A stretch of 64,000 nt of DNA, taken from contig JBBQSO010000014.1 of the NCBI GenBank assembly GCA_038213805.1, forward strand, positions 1 through 64,000, written 5' to 3'. The DNA is from Planctomycetota bacterium (GTDB taxonomy: Bacteria > Planctomycetota > UBA11346). The notes beneath the pieces were generated by a model. That model saw only the letters and a program-made list of their open reading frames with translations. It was not told the DNA's origin and did not search any database. Shown here piece after piece: positions 9,946-19,406 of this stretch (positions are counted from its first letter, which is position 1; each line of letters opens with the position of its first letter). Made by a program: the position numbers and the translations under genes.

Positions 9946-10251
9946 ATGACAACTCCCATCCCCGTCTGGGGCGAACAGATCGCCGCATTACGTTTCCTCG
10001 CACACAGGGTGGCTCGCGTCCACGGACCAACCCATTCCGACGCCGTCACCCTGGCTGAAGTGGTGAATGCATTGGCAGACACGCCAATCATCGACAGGGC
10101 GGCCCAGATCGTGCTTGGGCGACGACTCCGCGAACTGACGGAAGATTTCCAACCCTGGGCCGGCTCGTGCGGATCAGTCTGTCAGCTCTACGCCGGCCTC
10201 GCATCCGTCGCCTCCGCCCTGCCCCACACGCATGAAAGCAGCACGCATTGA
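9946..10251 (+). CDS. Short RIC/YtfE-like (iron-centre repair) protein
   Basis: LAHRVARVHG..H and LRELT.DF.P..G.C.S...LYAGL are the characteristic RIC segments. Its stop overlaps the qNor TTG start. Confidence 0.7.
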   Translation: MTTPIPVWGEQIAALRFLAHRVARVHGPTHSDAVTLAEVVNALADTPIIDRAAQIVLGRRLRELTEDFQPWAGSCGSVCQLYAGLASVASALPHTHESSTH

Positions 10252-12512
10252 ACCGTCGCCTCTGGCTACTCCTCGTCCTCACGGTCGGGACGACCTTCAT
10301 CCTGCTTGGATTCTTCGGACGCGAAGTCTACCGGCAGGCCCCACCACTGCCGAATGCGGTGGTTTCGAACGGCAAGGCGCTCTTCACCAAGGACGACATC
10401 CTCACTGGACAGCAGGTCTACCAGTCGATGGGCGGACAAGAGGTCGGCACGGTCTGGGGCCATGGCGCCTATGTCGCACCAGACTGGTCAGCCGACCAGT
10501 TGCACCGTGAAATCACCGGGCTGCTCGAGCTGTGGGCCCAGCATGAAGCGCAGAAACCCTATGCGCTGCTCGATCCCGAACGTCAGGCCGCCCTGCGCGA
10601 TCGCGCCACCCGCACCATGCGCACCAACACCTTCGATGCCGCGACCGGTGTCGTCACCGTTTCAGCCGATAGGGCCGTGGTGATGTCCGGGATCGCCAGC
10701 CACTACGATGCGCTCTTCGGCGGGTCGCAGGATCACTCGATCCTCAAACTGCGCGAAGCGTACGCCTTGCAGGATCAGGCCATCCCCGACGCGCAGCGGC
10801 GGGCCCAGCTCGCGGAGTTCTTCTGGTGGGCCGCGTGGAGCTGTGGCACGGAGCGACCGGGCGACACCATCACCTATACAAACAATTGGCCGCACGAGCC
10901 GCTGATCGGCAATGTGCCGTCCAGCGCCAACCTGTTGTGGTCGCTGATCTCGTTCGTGTTCCTGATCGCCGCCATCGGCGGCATGGTCTACTGGCAATCA
11001 CACCACCAGGATCACGACGTGCTGGTCGCGCCGATGAACGATCCGCTGGATGGATTCGCCGTCACACCATCCATGAAGGCCATCGCCTGCTACGGTGCCG
11101 CGGTCGTGGGGCTGTTCATGCTCCAGATCGCCTGCGGTGTCATCACCGCCCATTTCGGCGTCGAAGGTCGCGGATTCTACGGCTTCAATCTGGCCGAGTG
11201 CCTGCCCTACGCCGTCTCGCGCACCTGGCACCTGCAGCTCGGCATCTTCTGGATCGCCACCGCCTTCCTGGCAGCCGGGTTGTTCCTGGCTCCGATCGTG
11301 GGTGGACGCGAGCCGCGCTTCCAGGCGGCAGGCGTCTGGTTCCTGCTGGTCGCGCTGGTGGTGATCGTCCTTGGCTCGCTCACCGGCGAGTGGTTCTCCA
11401 TCGCCCAGCGCATGGGCCTCGACACCGGTTTCTGGTTCGGCTCGCAAGGGTATGAATACGTCGACCTGGGCCGCTTCTGGCAACTCTTCCTGCTCGTCGG
11501 CCTGGTGCTGTGGCTCGGGCTCATGCTGCGTGGTTTCTGGCCCGCTCTGACCGCAAAGGTGGCCGACGGGGACGTTGAAGGCGTGAATCGGAAACAACTG
11601 CTGACCATGTTTGTCGGCTCGACCGTCGCCATCGCACTGTTCTACAGCGCAGGCCTGATGTACGGGGCGCGTACTCACCTGTCGGTCATGGAGTATTGGC
11701 GCTGGTGGGTCGTCCACCTGTGGGTTGAAGGCTTCTTCGAAGTCTTCGCCACGGTGGCGATCAGCTTCATCTTCAGCCGACTGGGACTGGTCAGCGCCAA
11801 ATCCGCCACCCGCGCATCCCTGTTCGCTACCGCCATAGTCCTGCTTGGCAGCATTCCCGGCACCTTCCACCACCTGTACTTCAGCGGCACCCCGGTTGCG
11901 GTCATGGCGGTCGGCGCGGTGTTCTCGGCACTGGAAGTGGTGCCACTCGTACTCATCGGCCATGAGGCCTGGAAGAACCGCCAATTCGGTCTCGCCGCGC
12001 CCTGGGCAGCGACCTACCGTTGGCCCATCGCCTGCTTTCTGGCCGTAGCCTTTTGGAATCTGATGGGCGCCGGCGTTTTCGGCTTCCTCATCAATCCGCC
12101 GATCAGCCTGTACTATCTCCAGGGCCTCAACACCACGGCCGTGCACGCCCACACCGCCATGTTCGGTGTCTACGGCATGCTGTCGCTCGGCATGGTCCTG
12201 TTCATCTTCCGGCGCCTGACAGCGGGCGCAGAGTGGAAGGAAGGCCCATTGAAGTTCTCCTTCTGGGCGATGAACATCGGCATCGGCCTGATGGTGGCGC
12301 TCTCGCTGCTGCCGGTTGGCCTTTGGCAGGCCTATGAGTGCATGCAGCACGGCCTGTGGTCGGCGCGCTCCGCCGACTTCATGCAGCAGGAGCCCATGCA
12401 GACCCTGCGCTGGTTGCGCGTCATCGGCGACACCATCTTCGCTGCCGGGGGCATCGCGTTCGCCTGGTTCACCCTGGGCCTGTGGACCGGGTGGTCGATC
12501 AGGCGGAGCTGA
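10248..12512 (+). CDS. norB: Quinol-dependent nitric oxide reductase (qNor/NorZ)
   Basis: 754 aa. WGHGAYVAPDWSAD, YTNNWPHEPL, RTWHLQ, QGYEYVDLGRFWQ, WWVVHLWVEGFFEVFAT, GTFHHLYF, INPPISLYY.QG...T..HAH. Confidence 0.97.
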   Translation: MNRRLWLLLVLTVGTTFILLGFFGREVYRQAPPLPNAVVSNGKALFTKDDILTGQQVYQSMGGQEVGTVWGHGAYVAPDWSADQLHREITGLLELWAQHEAQKPYALLDPERQAALRDRATRTMRTNTFDAATGVVTVSADRAVVMSGIASHYDALFGGSQDHSILKLREAYALQDQAIPDAQRRAQLAEFFWWAAWSCGTERPGDTITYTNNWPHEPLIGNVPSSANLLWSLISFVFLIAAIGGMVYWQSHHQDHDVLVAPMNDPLDGFAVTPSMKAIACYGAAVVGLFMLQIACGVITAHFGVEGRGFYGFNLAECLPYAVSRTWHLQLGIFWIATAFLAAGLFLAPIVGGREPRFQAAGVWFLLVALVVIVLGSLTGEWFSIAQRMGLDTGFWFGSQGYEYVDLGRFWQLFLLVGLVLWLGLMLRGFWPALTAKVADGDVEGVNRKQLLTMFVGSTVAIALFYSAGLMYGARTHLSVMEYWRWWVVHLWVEGFFEVFATVAISFIFSRLGLVSAKSATRASLFATAIVLLGSIPGTFHHLYFSGTPVAVMAVGAVFSALEVVPLVLIGHEAWKNRQFGLAAPWAATYRWPIACFLAVAFWNLMGAGVFGFLINPPISLYYLQGLNTTAVHAHTAMFGVYGMLSLGMVLFIFRRLTAGAEWKEGPLKFSFWAMNIGIGLMVALSLLPVGLWQAYECMQHGLWSARSADFMQQEPMQTLRWLRVIGDTIFAAGGIAFAWFTLGLWTGWSIRRS

Positions 12513-12837
12513 TCACCCCCGATCTCCTCTCTTTCATCACCCCACACCCTGCGAACCCTGGGGAATCACCAGCCCGTCATGCGCAGAAATCCATAGCGAC
12601 CGGATCCCGATCACCATGTCTCCGTTCCACTTCAAGCAGCCCACACCACGTCCTTGAGCCTTCTGAGGCCGACTTCCAGGCTTGAAGACGGCGGCGGAAT
12701 ATCAGGACACGAAATCGTGCCTCATGCGGGAGCTGTGCGGGGCAACCCCGGAGATGCAGGTGGCGAGCAGCGGCGTGCGCGCCACGAAATCGCCGAGTGC
12801 ACGATCCCACCAGTTCCGCCCTCATCCACCGAGCGGC

Positions 12838-14814
12838 TTATTTTGCGGCCGGATCCTCCACCGCCAGGTCCCAGCTCTCGCTGAAGAATCCCGCCGCCGC
12901 GATCACCCCCGGCGCCGCGCCATCGGGATCCTTCGCCAGGTCGATCACCGCCCAATCGGGCAGCTTGGGATTCTGCAGCGAATTGGTGCGGTCGCTGGCC
13001 TCGCGGAAGGTGAGGCCGCTGTTCAGCACCACGTAACGCGCTGGATTGAGCGGGTTGGGGAAGATCAGCGTCGGCACATGGTCGGCAGCGGAAAAGTGAC
13101 GAGTGCCCACGGTGATGTCTTGATCGCTCCAACGGATCGGCAACTTGCCCGCGACCTTGGCGATCAGCGCGTTCGACGCGGCATCGCCCCACAGCACCAG
13201 GTTGTAGTCGCGGATGTCGGCGTCGGTGACCTCTTTGTCGGTCTTCACCCGTGCCGCGCCGCGCATCAGCCCGGCCCAGCGGGCGATGGCGTGAGCGCTC
13301 TCGAACTCGACCCAGCGCTGCACGCGCGGCTGAGCACTGCGCCCGCTGGGCAGCACCATCAGGAACGGGCCCATGAAGGCGTCATCGATCGGTCCCTGCA
13401 GGCCGTGGACCTTGCGCAGGCCGGGGACAGGTGCCTTGGCGTCGACCAGCGACCACTTCCCCTCCGCCTTGGCAAGGGACGGCGCGGGCAGGCCGGGGCC
13501 CACCGCGACTTTCTGGCCATCGACGGTCACGACCGAAGCGGCGCCGAGGTGCGGCCATGCGACGCGCAGGCGGGTGATATTGGTGGTGGTCAGGGCGACG
13601 TCGGCGCCATGCGCCTGTGCGTCGATGCGCGCGTCGGCCCAGTGGTGTTCCAGGCCCTCGGCGCGCAGCCAGAAGAGGCGGTCGTAGCGCAGCGTGCGCG
13701 TCTGCAGGGTGAGGGTGTCCGGCGCGGCCGGCCGGCCGGCGACGACTGCGTCGCTCACGAAGGCGAGGATCTCCTTGAGGGTCGCGGGGTTGTACTGGTG
13801 GGCGACGCCGGGGCCGATGAAATGACGCAGGGTGCGGCCGTTGGCGGTGTAGGCCTCCTCCATCATGCGCGCGCCCTGGATCTGCGCGTCCTTCTCGCCG
13901 CTATAGCAGGAGAACTGCACGGCGAAGGTGTTACGCACGTAGTCGGGCGCGTCGTAGAGGCCCCACAGGGTCTGTTCCCACGGCGGCGGATACGTCTCTG
14001 GGGTAAGCTTATTATAGTGCGCGGTCTCGGCGAAGCCGGCGCCGCAGCTGATGGCGCAGAAATGATCGGCGTAGTGCGCGCCGAGATGCTTGGCGCCGGC
14101 GCCGCCCATCGAGAAGCCGATCAGCACGATGCGCGCAGGATCTATGCGGTAATGCGCCTGGGCGTCCGTGATGGCGTCGAGCACGTCGAGCTCGCCCGCC
14201 GCCTTGAAACCGACGCAGCCGCGTCCGAAGGCCTGCAGCACGATGGCATCGTCAGGGTGGACTTCGCCGCGGTTGTGCGCGCAGCCGCTGAGGAAATGCA
14301 GGTCGGTGCCGCGCTCGTCGCGGCCGTGCAGCCACACGTAAAGGGCAGCGGGCTTGGCCAGGTCGAGCTTCTCGGGGATGACCAGGCCGTACGGCAGGGC
14401 CGCGCCGTCGACCGGCGAGAGGTAGCCGCGCACCACCAGGCCCTTCTGCGCTGCCCACGGCGCGGCGGCGAGCTGGTCGAGGCGCTGGGCGGCCTCTTTC
14501 AGCGCCCAGTCTGCGAGCGCCGTGTCCTTGACCGCATCGAAGAATTCGCCGTCCTGCAGCGCGAGTTCGACCGCCTTGGTGAAGATGCGCACGTCGGCGA
14601 TACGTGGATCCTTGGCCGCGGCGGCCAGGCGCGGGGCCAACGCTGCCAGCACCGCGGCGAGGCGCTGGCGATCGGGCTCCGGAAGAACCTGGGCCGCCGC
14701 TGGCAGCAGGCGCGGGATGGGCGCGATGTCAGCGGCCGGCAGCGGTGCCGTGCCGGCGATGAGGATGGATGCGGCCAAGAGGACGGCACGCAGCTGATCA
14801 CGGGTGGGACGCAT
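12838..14814 (-). CDS. Secreted alpha/beta-hydrolase (prolyl oligopeptidase/esterase-like)
   Basis: Signal peptide. PYGLVIP, VWLHGR, GELDVLDAI...YRIDP.RIVL.GFSMGGAGA nucleophile elbow. Confidence 0.85.
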   Translation of the reverse strand: MRPTRDQLRAVLLAASILIAGTAPLPAADIAPIPRLLPAAAQVLPEPDRQRLAAVLAALAPRLAAAAKDPRIADVRIFTKAVELALQDGEFFDAVKDTALADWALKEAAQRLDQLAAAPWAAQKGLVVRGYLSPVDGAALPYGLVIPEKLDLAKPAALYVWLHGRDERGTDLHFLSGCAHNRGEVHPDDAIVLQAFGRGCVGFKAAGELDVLDAITDAQAHYRIDPARIVLIGFSMGGAGAKHLGAHYADHFCAISCGAGFAETAHYNKLTPETYPPPWEQTLWGLYDAPDYVRNTFAVQFSCYSGEKDAQIQGARMMEEAYTANGRTLRHFIGPGVAHQYNPATLKEILAFVSDAVVAGRPAAPDTLTLQTRTLRYDRLFWLRAEGLEHHWADARIDAQAHGADVALTTTNITRLRVAWPHLGAASVVTVDGQKVAVGPGLPAPSLAKAEGKWSLVDAKAPVPGLRKVHGLQGPIDDAFMGPFLMVLPSGRSAQPRVQRWVEFESAHAIARWAGLMRGAARVKTDKEVTDADIRDYNLVLWGDAASNALIAKVAGKLPIRWSDQDITVGTRHFSAADHVPTLIFPNPLNPARYVVLNSGLTFREASDRTNSLQNPKLPDWAVIDLAKDPDGAAPGVIAAAGFFSESWDLAVEDPAAK

Positions 14815-14946
14815 GGGATCTCCGCGCAGATCCTACCCGAGCGTGGGCCGCGCGCTGCCGATTTCACCTGGCGCACAGGGCGCCGGGCCCGCGATCCGCG
14901 CAGGAAAGCGCCGATTCCGCGCCGGACGCGAAACGTGCCACCGGGC

Positions 14947-15792
14947 TTACAGCGCCGGAATGACGCGGATGCGCTTGATCACCACCGGCGTGGACGGTCT
15001 GTCATTCTGGTCGACGGCGGTCGTGCCGATCGCCTCGACCACGTCGAAACCGGCGATCACGCGACCGAACACGGTGTGCTTGCCGGCGAGGTGCGGGGTA
15101 TCGCCAAGATTGATGAAGAACTGCGAACCGTTGCTGTCGGGCCCTGAGTTGGCCATCGCCAGCGCACCCTTCATGGGCACGTGCGAACCGGGCAGCGCAT
15201 CGTCGTAGTGGTAGCCGAGGGCGGTGTAGAAATCCTTGAGCGTCGCGTCCTTCAGGCCGGCAAGCGCCGCGGTGAAGGCCGCCTCCTGCTCGGCCTGCGG
15301 GGTGGCCTCGGTGATGCCCTTGGCCTTCAGCAGCGGCTGCACCATGACGCGCATGAAGTCCTGTCCCTGGTAGGCGCACTTCTGGTTGAGCGCCTGGGGG
15401 CCGATCAGCGCCTTCTCGGCGTCGAGGCCGAGCGCCTTGGCGCTGATCTCGTCCGGGAAGGTGAAGCCCGGGCCGCCACTGCCGGTGCCCAGAGGATCGC
15501 CACCCTGGATCATGAAGCCCTTGATGACGCGGTGGAAGACCAGCCCGTCGTAGAACGGCCGCGTCGCCTGTTGGCCGGTGGCGGGATCGGTGAAGGGCTT
15601 GGTACCCGCGGCCAGGGCGAGGAAGTTCTCGACCGTCTTGGGCGCCTCGTCGGCGTAGAGCTCGACGGTGATGTCACCGAGGCTGGTGGTGATCAGCGCG
15701 TGCGGGCGGGTGGGATCCGGCTCGGCCGTCCCGGCAACGGCGCAGCAGAAGACCAGGAAGGCGGCGACGGCCGCAGTGCGGATGACTGGCAT
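14947..15792 (-). CDS. Cyclophilin-type peptidyl-prolyl isomerase with signal peptide and internal insertion
   Basis: APKTVENF, FYDGLVFHRVIKGFMIQGGDP.G.G.GGPG, GALAMAN.GP.SNGSQFFI, HL.GKHTVFGRV. Start taken at MPVIRT. Confidence 0.93.
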   Translation of the reverse strand: MPVIRTAAVAAFLVFCCAVAGTAEPDPTRPHALITTSLGDITVELYADEAPKTVENFLALAAGTKPFTDPATGQQATRPFYDGLVFHRVIKGFMIQGGDPLGTGSGGPGFTFPDEISAKALGLDAEKALIGPQALNQKCAYQGQDFMRVMVQPLLKAKGITEATPQAEQEAAFTAALAGLKDATLKDFYTALGYHYDDALPGSHVPMKGALAMANSGPDSNGSQFFINLGDTPHLAGKHTVFGRVIAGFDVVEAIGTTAVDQNDRPSTPVVIKRIRVIPAL

Positions 15793-15848
15793 GGGGGCTC
15801 CGTGGCCTGCGATCATTCGCCGGAATGGCGAAAAGGCACGCGGGATGT

Positions 15849-17216
15849 CTACTCGATCTTCTTCGTCAACCACGTCCACACCCCGCTTGCGGTGTTGCGC
15901 AGGTGCGAACGTTGCGCGGACAGGTGGCTGCGACGGTAGTCCGCGGCCGCGCACACCAGCCCTGAGACCAGGATGTCGGCGAGTTCGGCGCTGGGATCGC
16001 GGTGCTTCTGCCCGGTGCCGAGCACCACCGGCAGGTCGAATATCTCCTTGAGGTGTGCGGCCAGGCCACCGAGCGAGCTGGCGCGGCCGAGCAGGTGCAC
16101 CTGGCCCTGCTGGCCGAGCAGACCGTGGTCGCGCAGTTCGCCGGCGCGGGCACGGAAGAAGTCGCCGATCACCTCGGCGCAGATCGCCGCGCCGGGGCCG
16201 ACCAGGCGGTGGCGCTCGCGCACGTCGCTCCAGATGAACTGCTGGCCGCCGAGCAGGTTCTCCTGCTTGGCCTCGGCGTGGATGTCGAGGTCGCGCTTGA
16301 GGTCCTCGGCCTGATGCTGGGTGATGCCCAGCCGCTCGACCAGCGCGGCGGTCAGGTCGTCGCCGCCGAAGGCGTGACACTCGAGGTGCATCAGGCGCTC
16401 GCGCCGGCGCACCAGGATCGAGGTGCAGCGCGCGCCGCAGTCGATGACATAGGTGGTGCCCTTGCGCGGCAGGTTGCTGGCCATGCCACGGTAGAGCGCC
16501 ACCGGCTGGGCGATCACGCCTTCAAGCTCGAGATCGAGGCCCTTGACCAGGGCGGCGAGCTCGTCGCGGTAGCCGCGGCGCGCGGTCACCAGCAGCGCCT
16601 GGCAGGTCAGGCGGCTGCCGCGCTGACCGACCGGGTCCTCGACCTCGCGCTCGCCGCTGCGGTCGCGCACCGTCCATTGCACCGGGATGGCCTCGACCAG
16701 CTCGTGGTCGGCGCCGGTCGCCTGGTCGCGCGCGCGCTTGAGCGCCCACGCCGCCTCGTTGGCGGAGAGCACGACCTCGTCACCCGGATCGGCCCAGCCG
16801 ATGGCCAGGCGCGAGGTGATGCTGGGGTCGGACATCGACAGGTAGACGGAGAAGGCCTCGACCCCGGCGCTGTCGCTGGCCAGGCGCACCACGTCGGCGA
16901 GCGCCTCGCGCTTGCCCGACTCGCTGAGTTCGGCCCACACGCAGTCGATCGACTTGTGCGCGACCACCTTGTCGCCGTGCTCGGGGTGCAGCGCGGCGAC
17001 CGTCGCGGAGACGCGCTGGCTGGCGATCAGGACGATGACGACGACATTTTCGGGGGCGATGGGCATGATGGCTGGCCGTCGTGCAGTGATACGCGGCGCA
17101 CGCGGCGCGCCACCGGCGAAGGCCAGGCGCGCCAGCGCCGCGCGCCAGCGGCCGGGGTGGGGCAGGGCCGCGGCGGCGCGACCGCTGTCGCTGCTCCAGG
17201 CTTCATCGTTCCTCAT
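15849..17216 (-). CDS. ftsA: Divergent FtsA-like actin-fold cell-division protein
   Basis: Directly after ftsQ. EDPVG..GSRL, VIDCGA..T, FGGDDLT..L...L......AEDLK, and an amphipathic C-terminus GVWTWLTKK. Start is either 17216 (GGAG RBS) or 17066. Confidence 0.7.
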   Translation of the reverse strand: MRNDEAWSSDSGRAAAALPHPGRWRAALARLAFAGGAPRAPRITARRPAIMPIAPENVVVIVLIASQRVSATVAALHPEHGDKVVAHKSIDCVWAELSESGKREALADVVRLASDSAGVEAFSVYLSMSDPSITSRLAIGWADPGDEVVLSANEAAWALKRARDQATGADHELVEAIPVQWTVRDRSGEREVEDPVGQRGSRLTCQALLVTARRGYRDELAALVKGLDLELEGVIAQPVALYRGMASNLPRKGTTYVIDCGARCTSILVRRRERLMHLECHAFGGDDLTAALVERLGITQHQAEDLKRDLDIHAEAKQENLLGGQQFIWSDVRERHRLVGPGAAICAEVIGDFFRARAGELRDHGLLGQQGQVHLLGRASSLGGLAAHLKEIFDLPVVLGTGQKHRDPSAELADILVSGLVCAAADYRRSHLSAQRSHLRNTASGVWTWLTKKIE

Positions 17217-17268
17217 GGTAGGCTCCGGGCGTCTAAGGTCATTACGGTGCGGGCGGCAGGCGGGCGGC

Positions 17269-18474
17269 TCAGCGCCCGTCGCGCATCACCAGGAAGGGTT
17301 GGCGGAAGCGCACGTTGATCAACGCGACGCGGCCCAGGTCGCCCTGGCAGCGGATGGCGTGCACCAGGTCGCGCACCTTGTCGTCGGGCTTGACGCCAAA
17401 GCGCTCCTCGGCGGGGTTGCCCCACACCAGGCGGCTGCCCTGGCGGGTGTAGAGCACGATGCCGCGGCTGCTGCCCTTGGCGTCGAGGACGTCGGCGAGG
17501 TGGATGTCGGTGACCAAGCCGGGCTCGATCTGCGGTTCGAGCCGCGCCCACAGGTCGAGGGCGGCGCGCGCCGCAGCCAGGCCACCCTGCTCGAGCGCGC
17601 GCACCAGCGGGCGGCGTACCGTCGGGCCGGGCAGGATTCCGGGCAGGACGCGCGCTTCGGCGTCGAGCCAGGCGCGCTCGCCGCTGGCCAGCACCACCGG
17701 CATGACCGGCTGGCGCAGGCCAAGCTCGAGTGCCAGGGTCCGGCGCACGCGATCGGGCGCGCCCGGTAGCGGCTCGTGCACCACCACCACCTGGCGGACC
17801 TCACCGATCGCCGGCAGCACGCGCAGCCACGCCGCGAGCTTGTCCAGCACCCACGGCTGCGGCTCGCCGAGCTTGTCGCGGTAGGGGAAGGCGCGCAGCC
17901 AGCCGATGACCTCGGCCTGGGCCAGGCGCGGGCCGGGCAGGAAATCGACGCGCACGTTGCTGACCGGGATGGGATCCGGGATCTGGCTGCCGGCATAGAA
18001 GCTGAACAGCACCAGCACGGTGATCACCGCGGCGGCGGCCACGCCCCACGGACCGGCGCGGCGCATGCCCGATTGCACCTGCTGCGCGCCGTCGAGGCCG
18101 GCGTGGATGCCGCGCGTGAGCGCGCCCTTGTCAGCGGGCATGGCGTCATCCTCCTGGTCGACGGCGTTGAACACCCCGGCACGCGCCGCGCCCTTGAGCG
18201 GCTTGCGGCGCGGCTTGCGCTTCTCAATGGCGCGGCTGCCGGCCTCGCCATCGACCAGGTAGCCCTCGGGCGGGGTCTCCTCGTGCGCTGCGAGGGCGTC
18301 GAGGGCTTCCGACGAGGGGTTGCGCGCGCGGCGGCCGCGGCGCTTGCGGTCGGCGGCGGCGATGATCCCGGCGCCGTCATCGGCACCGTCGTCGGCGGGC
18401 GGTGCGGGCGCACCGCGGCGCCGCGCCGGCGGCAGCGGGTCGAGGGCGGCGAGCAGGTCGTCGTGGTCGCTCAT
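17269..18474 (-). CDS. ftsQ: FtsQ/DivIB-like protein with long disordered N-terminus
   Basis: Directly after ddl. Single TM, then POTRA-like and beta domains (LRQPV.PV, WLD.EARVLP), ending ALINVRF. Confidence 0.7.
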   Translation of the reverse strand: MSDHDDLLAALDPLPPARRRGAPAPPADDGADDGAGIIAAADRKRRGRRARNPSSEALDALAAHEETPPEGYLVDGEAGSRAIEKRKPRRKPLKGAARAGVFNAVDQEDDAMPADKGALTRGIHAGLDGAQQVQSGMRRAGPWGVAAAAVITVLVLFSFYAGSQIPDPIPVSNVRVDFLPGPRLAQAEVIGWLRAFPYRDKLGEPQPWVLDKLAAWLRVLPAIGEVRQVVVVHEPLPGAPDRVRRTLALELGLRQPVMPVVLASGERAWLDAEARVLPGILPGPTVRRPLVRALEQGGLAAARAALDLWARLEPQIEPGLVTDIHLADVLDAKGSSRGIVLYTRQGSRLVWGNPAEERFGVKPDDKVRDLVHAIRCQGDLGRVALINVRFRQPFLVMRDGR

Positions 18475-19406
18475 GCGTGTTCCTTGGCGCGGGAGCGCGC
18501 GGCGGCGCGGGCCACCAGACGCTCGGCGAGCTCGCCGAAGCCGATGCCGGCGGCGGCGGCGGCCTTGGGCGTCAGGCTCTGGTCGGTGAAGCCGGGCAGG
18601 GTGTTGAGCTCAAGCACCGCGATGCCGCCGTCGGCGCAGCGCATCAGATCGGTGCGCGACAGGTCGCGACAGCCGCAGGCGCGATGCGCGGCCACCGCGA
18701 GCGCGGCGAGCTCGCTGGCCAGGGCGGGATCGGCGACCGGCACCTCCTGGGTGTCGGCGCGCTGGTACTTGGCCTCGAAATCGAAGATCCCCGACGCCGC
18801 GCGGATGGTCAGCGGCGGCAGCGCCCGCGGCCCCGCGTCCTCGTCGATCACCGCGACCGTGTACTCGGGGCCCGGCAGGCGTTCCTCGAGCAGGTAGGGG
18901 ATGGGCCCCGACTCGCGCAGGATCTCTTCGACCGCGGGCAGCAGGAAGCCTGGATTGGCGATCATCTTCAAGCCCACGGAGCTGCCATCGTTCGCCGGCT
19001 TCAGCACCAGCCCGGCGTGGTGCGGGATGCGCAGGTCACGCGGCGAGAATGGGCGCGTGAGGTCGAGCTTCACCCCCCACGGCACGCGGATGCCGGCCTG
19101 CTCCAGACGCTTCTTGGCAGCGTCCTTGTCCATGCACAACGCGCTGGCGGCGGCGTCGCTGCCGACGTAGGCGCGGCCGAGCGCCTCAAGCTCGCGCTGC
19201 AGCGTGCCGTCCTCGCCATAGGTGCCGTGCACGATATTGAAGACCACCGACCCCTGCCGCAGCTGACCGGCATCGAGGCGGCCGGCGAGGTCGATGACCA
19301 GCACGTCGAAGCCGCGCGCGCGCAGCGCCGCCGCGATCGCGGTGCCGGAGCGGCGGCTGATCTGGGCCTCGTGCCCCGGCCCACCCATGACCACATCGAC
19401 GATCAT
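18471..19406 (-). CDS. ddl: D-alanine--D-alanine ligase
   Basis: MGGPGHE..IS..SG, HGTYGEDG.LQ, CMDK, KPANDGSS.G, FDFEAKY, LELNTLPGFT..SL.P. Confidence 0.96.
   Translation of the reverse strand: MIVDVVMGGPGHEAQISRRSGTAIAAALRARGFDVLVIDLAGRLDAGQLRQGSVVFNIVHGTYGEDGTLQRELEALGRAYVGSDAAASALCMDKDAAKKRLEQAGIRVPWGVKLDLTRPFSPRDLRIPHHAGLVLKPANDGSSVGLKMIANPGFLLPAVEEILRESGPIPYLLEERLPGPEYTVAVIDEDAGPRALPPLTIRAASGIFDFEAKYQRADTQEVPVADPALASELAALAVAAHRACGCRDLSRTDLMRCADGGIAVLELNTLPGFTDQSLTPKAAAAAGIGFGELAERLVARAAARSRAKEHA

Noticed and set aside
10248..12512. NO dismutase (Nod) instead of qNor
   Set aside because: The active-site motifs are canonical qNor (HLWVEGFFE, GTFHHLY). The substitutions described for Nod are not evident.
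12513..12837. Right end of the IS66 element or a composite transposon boundary
   Set aside because: No clear inverted copy of the 6368 terminus and no target-site duplication found by eye.
12682..15147. 821-aa plus-strand ORF and similar long antisense ORFs (e.g. 41641-44184, 20389-22236, 29000-31003, 45787-47790)
   Set aside because: These are shadows of well-supported genes on the opposite strand, expected in very GC-rich DNA. They have no family motifs.
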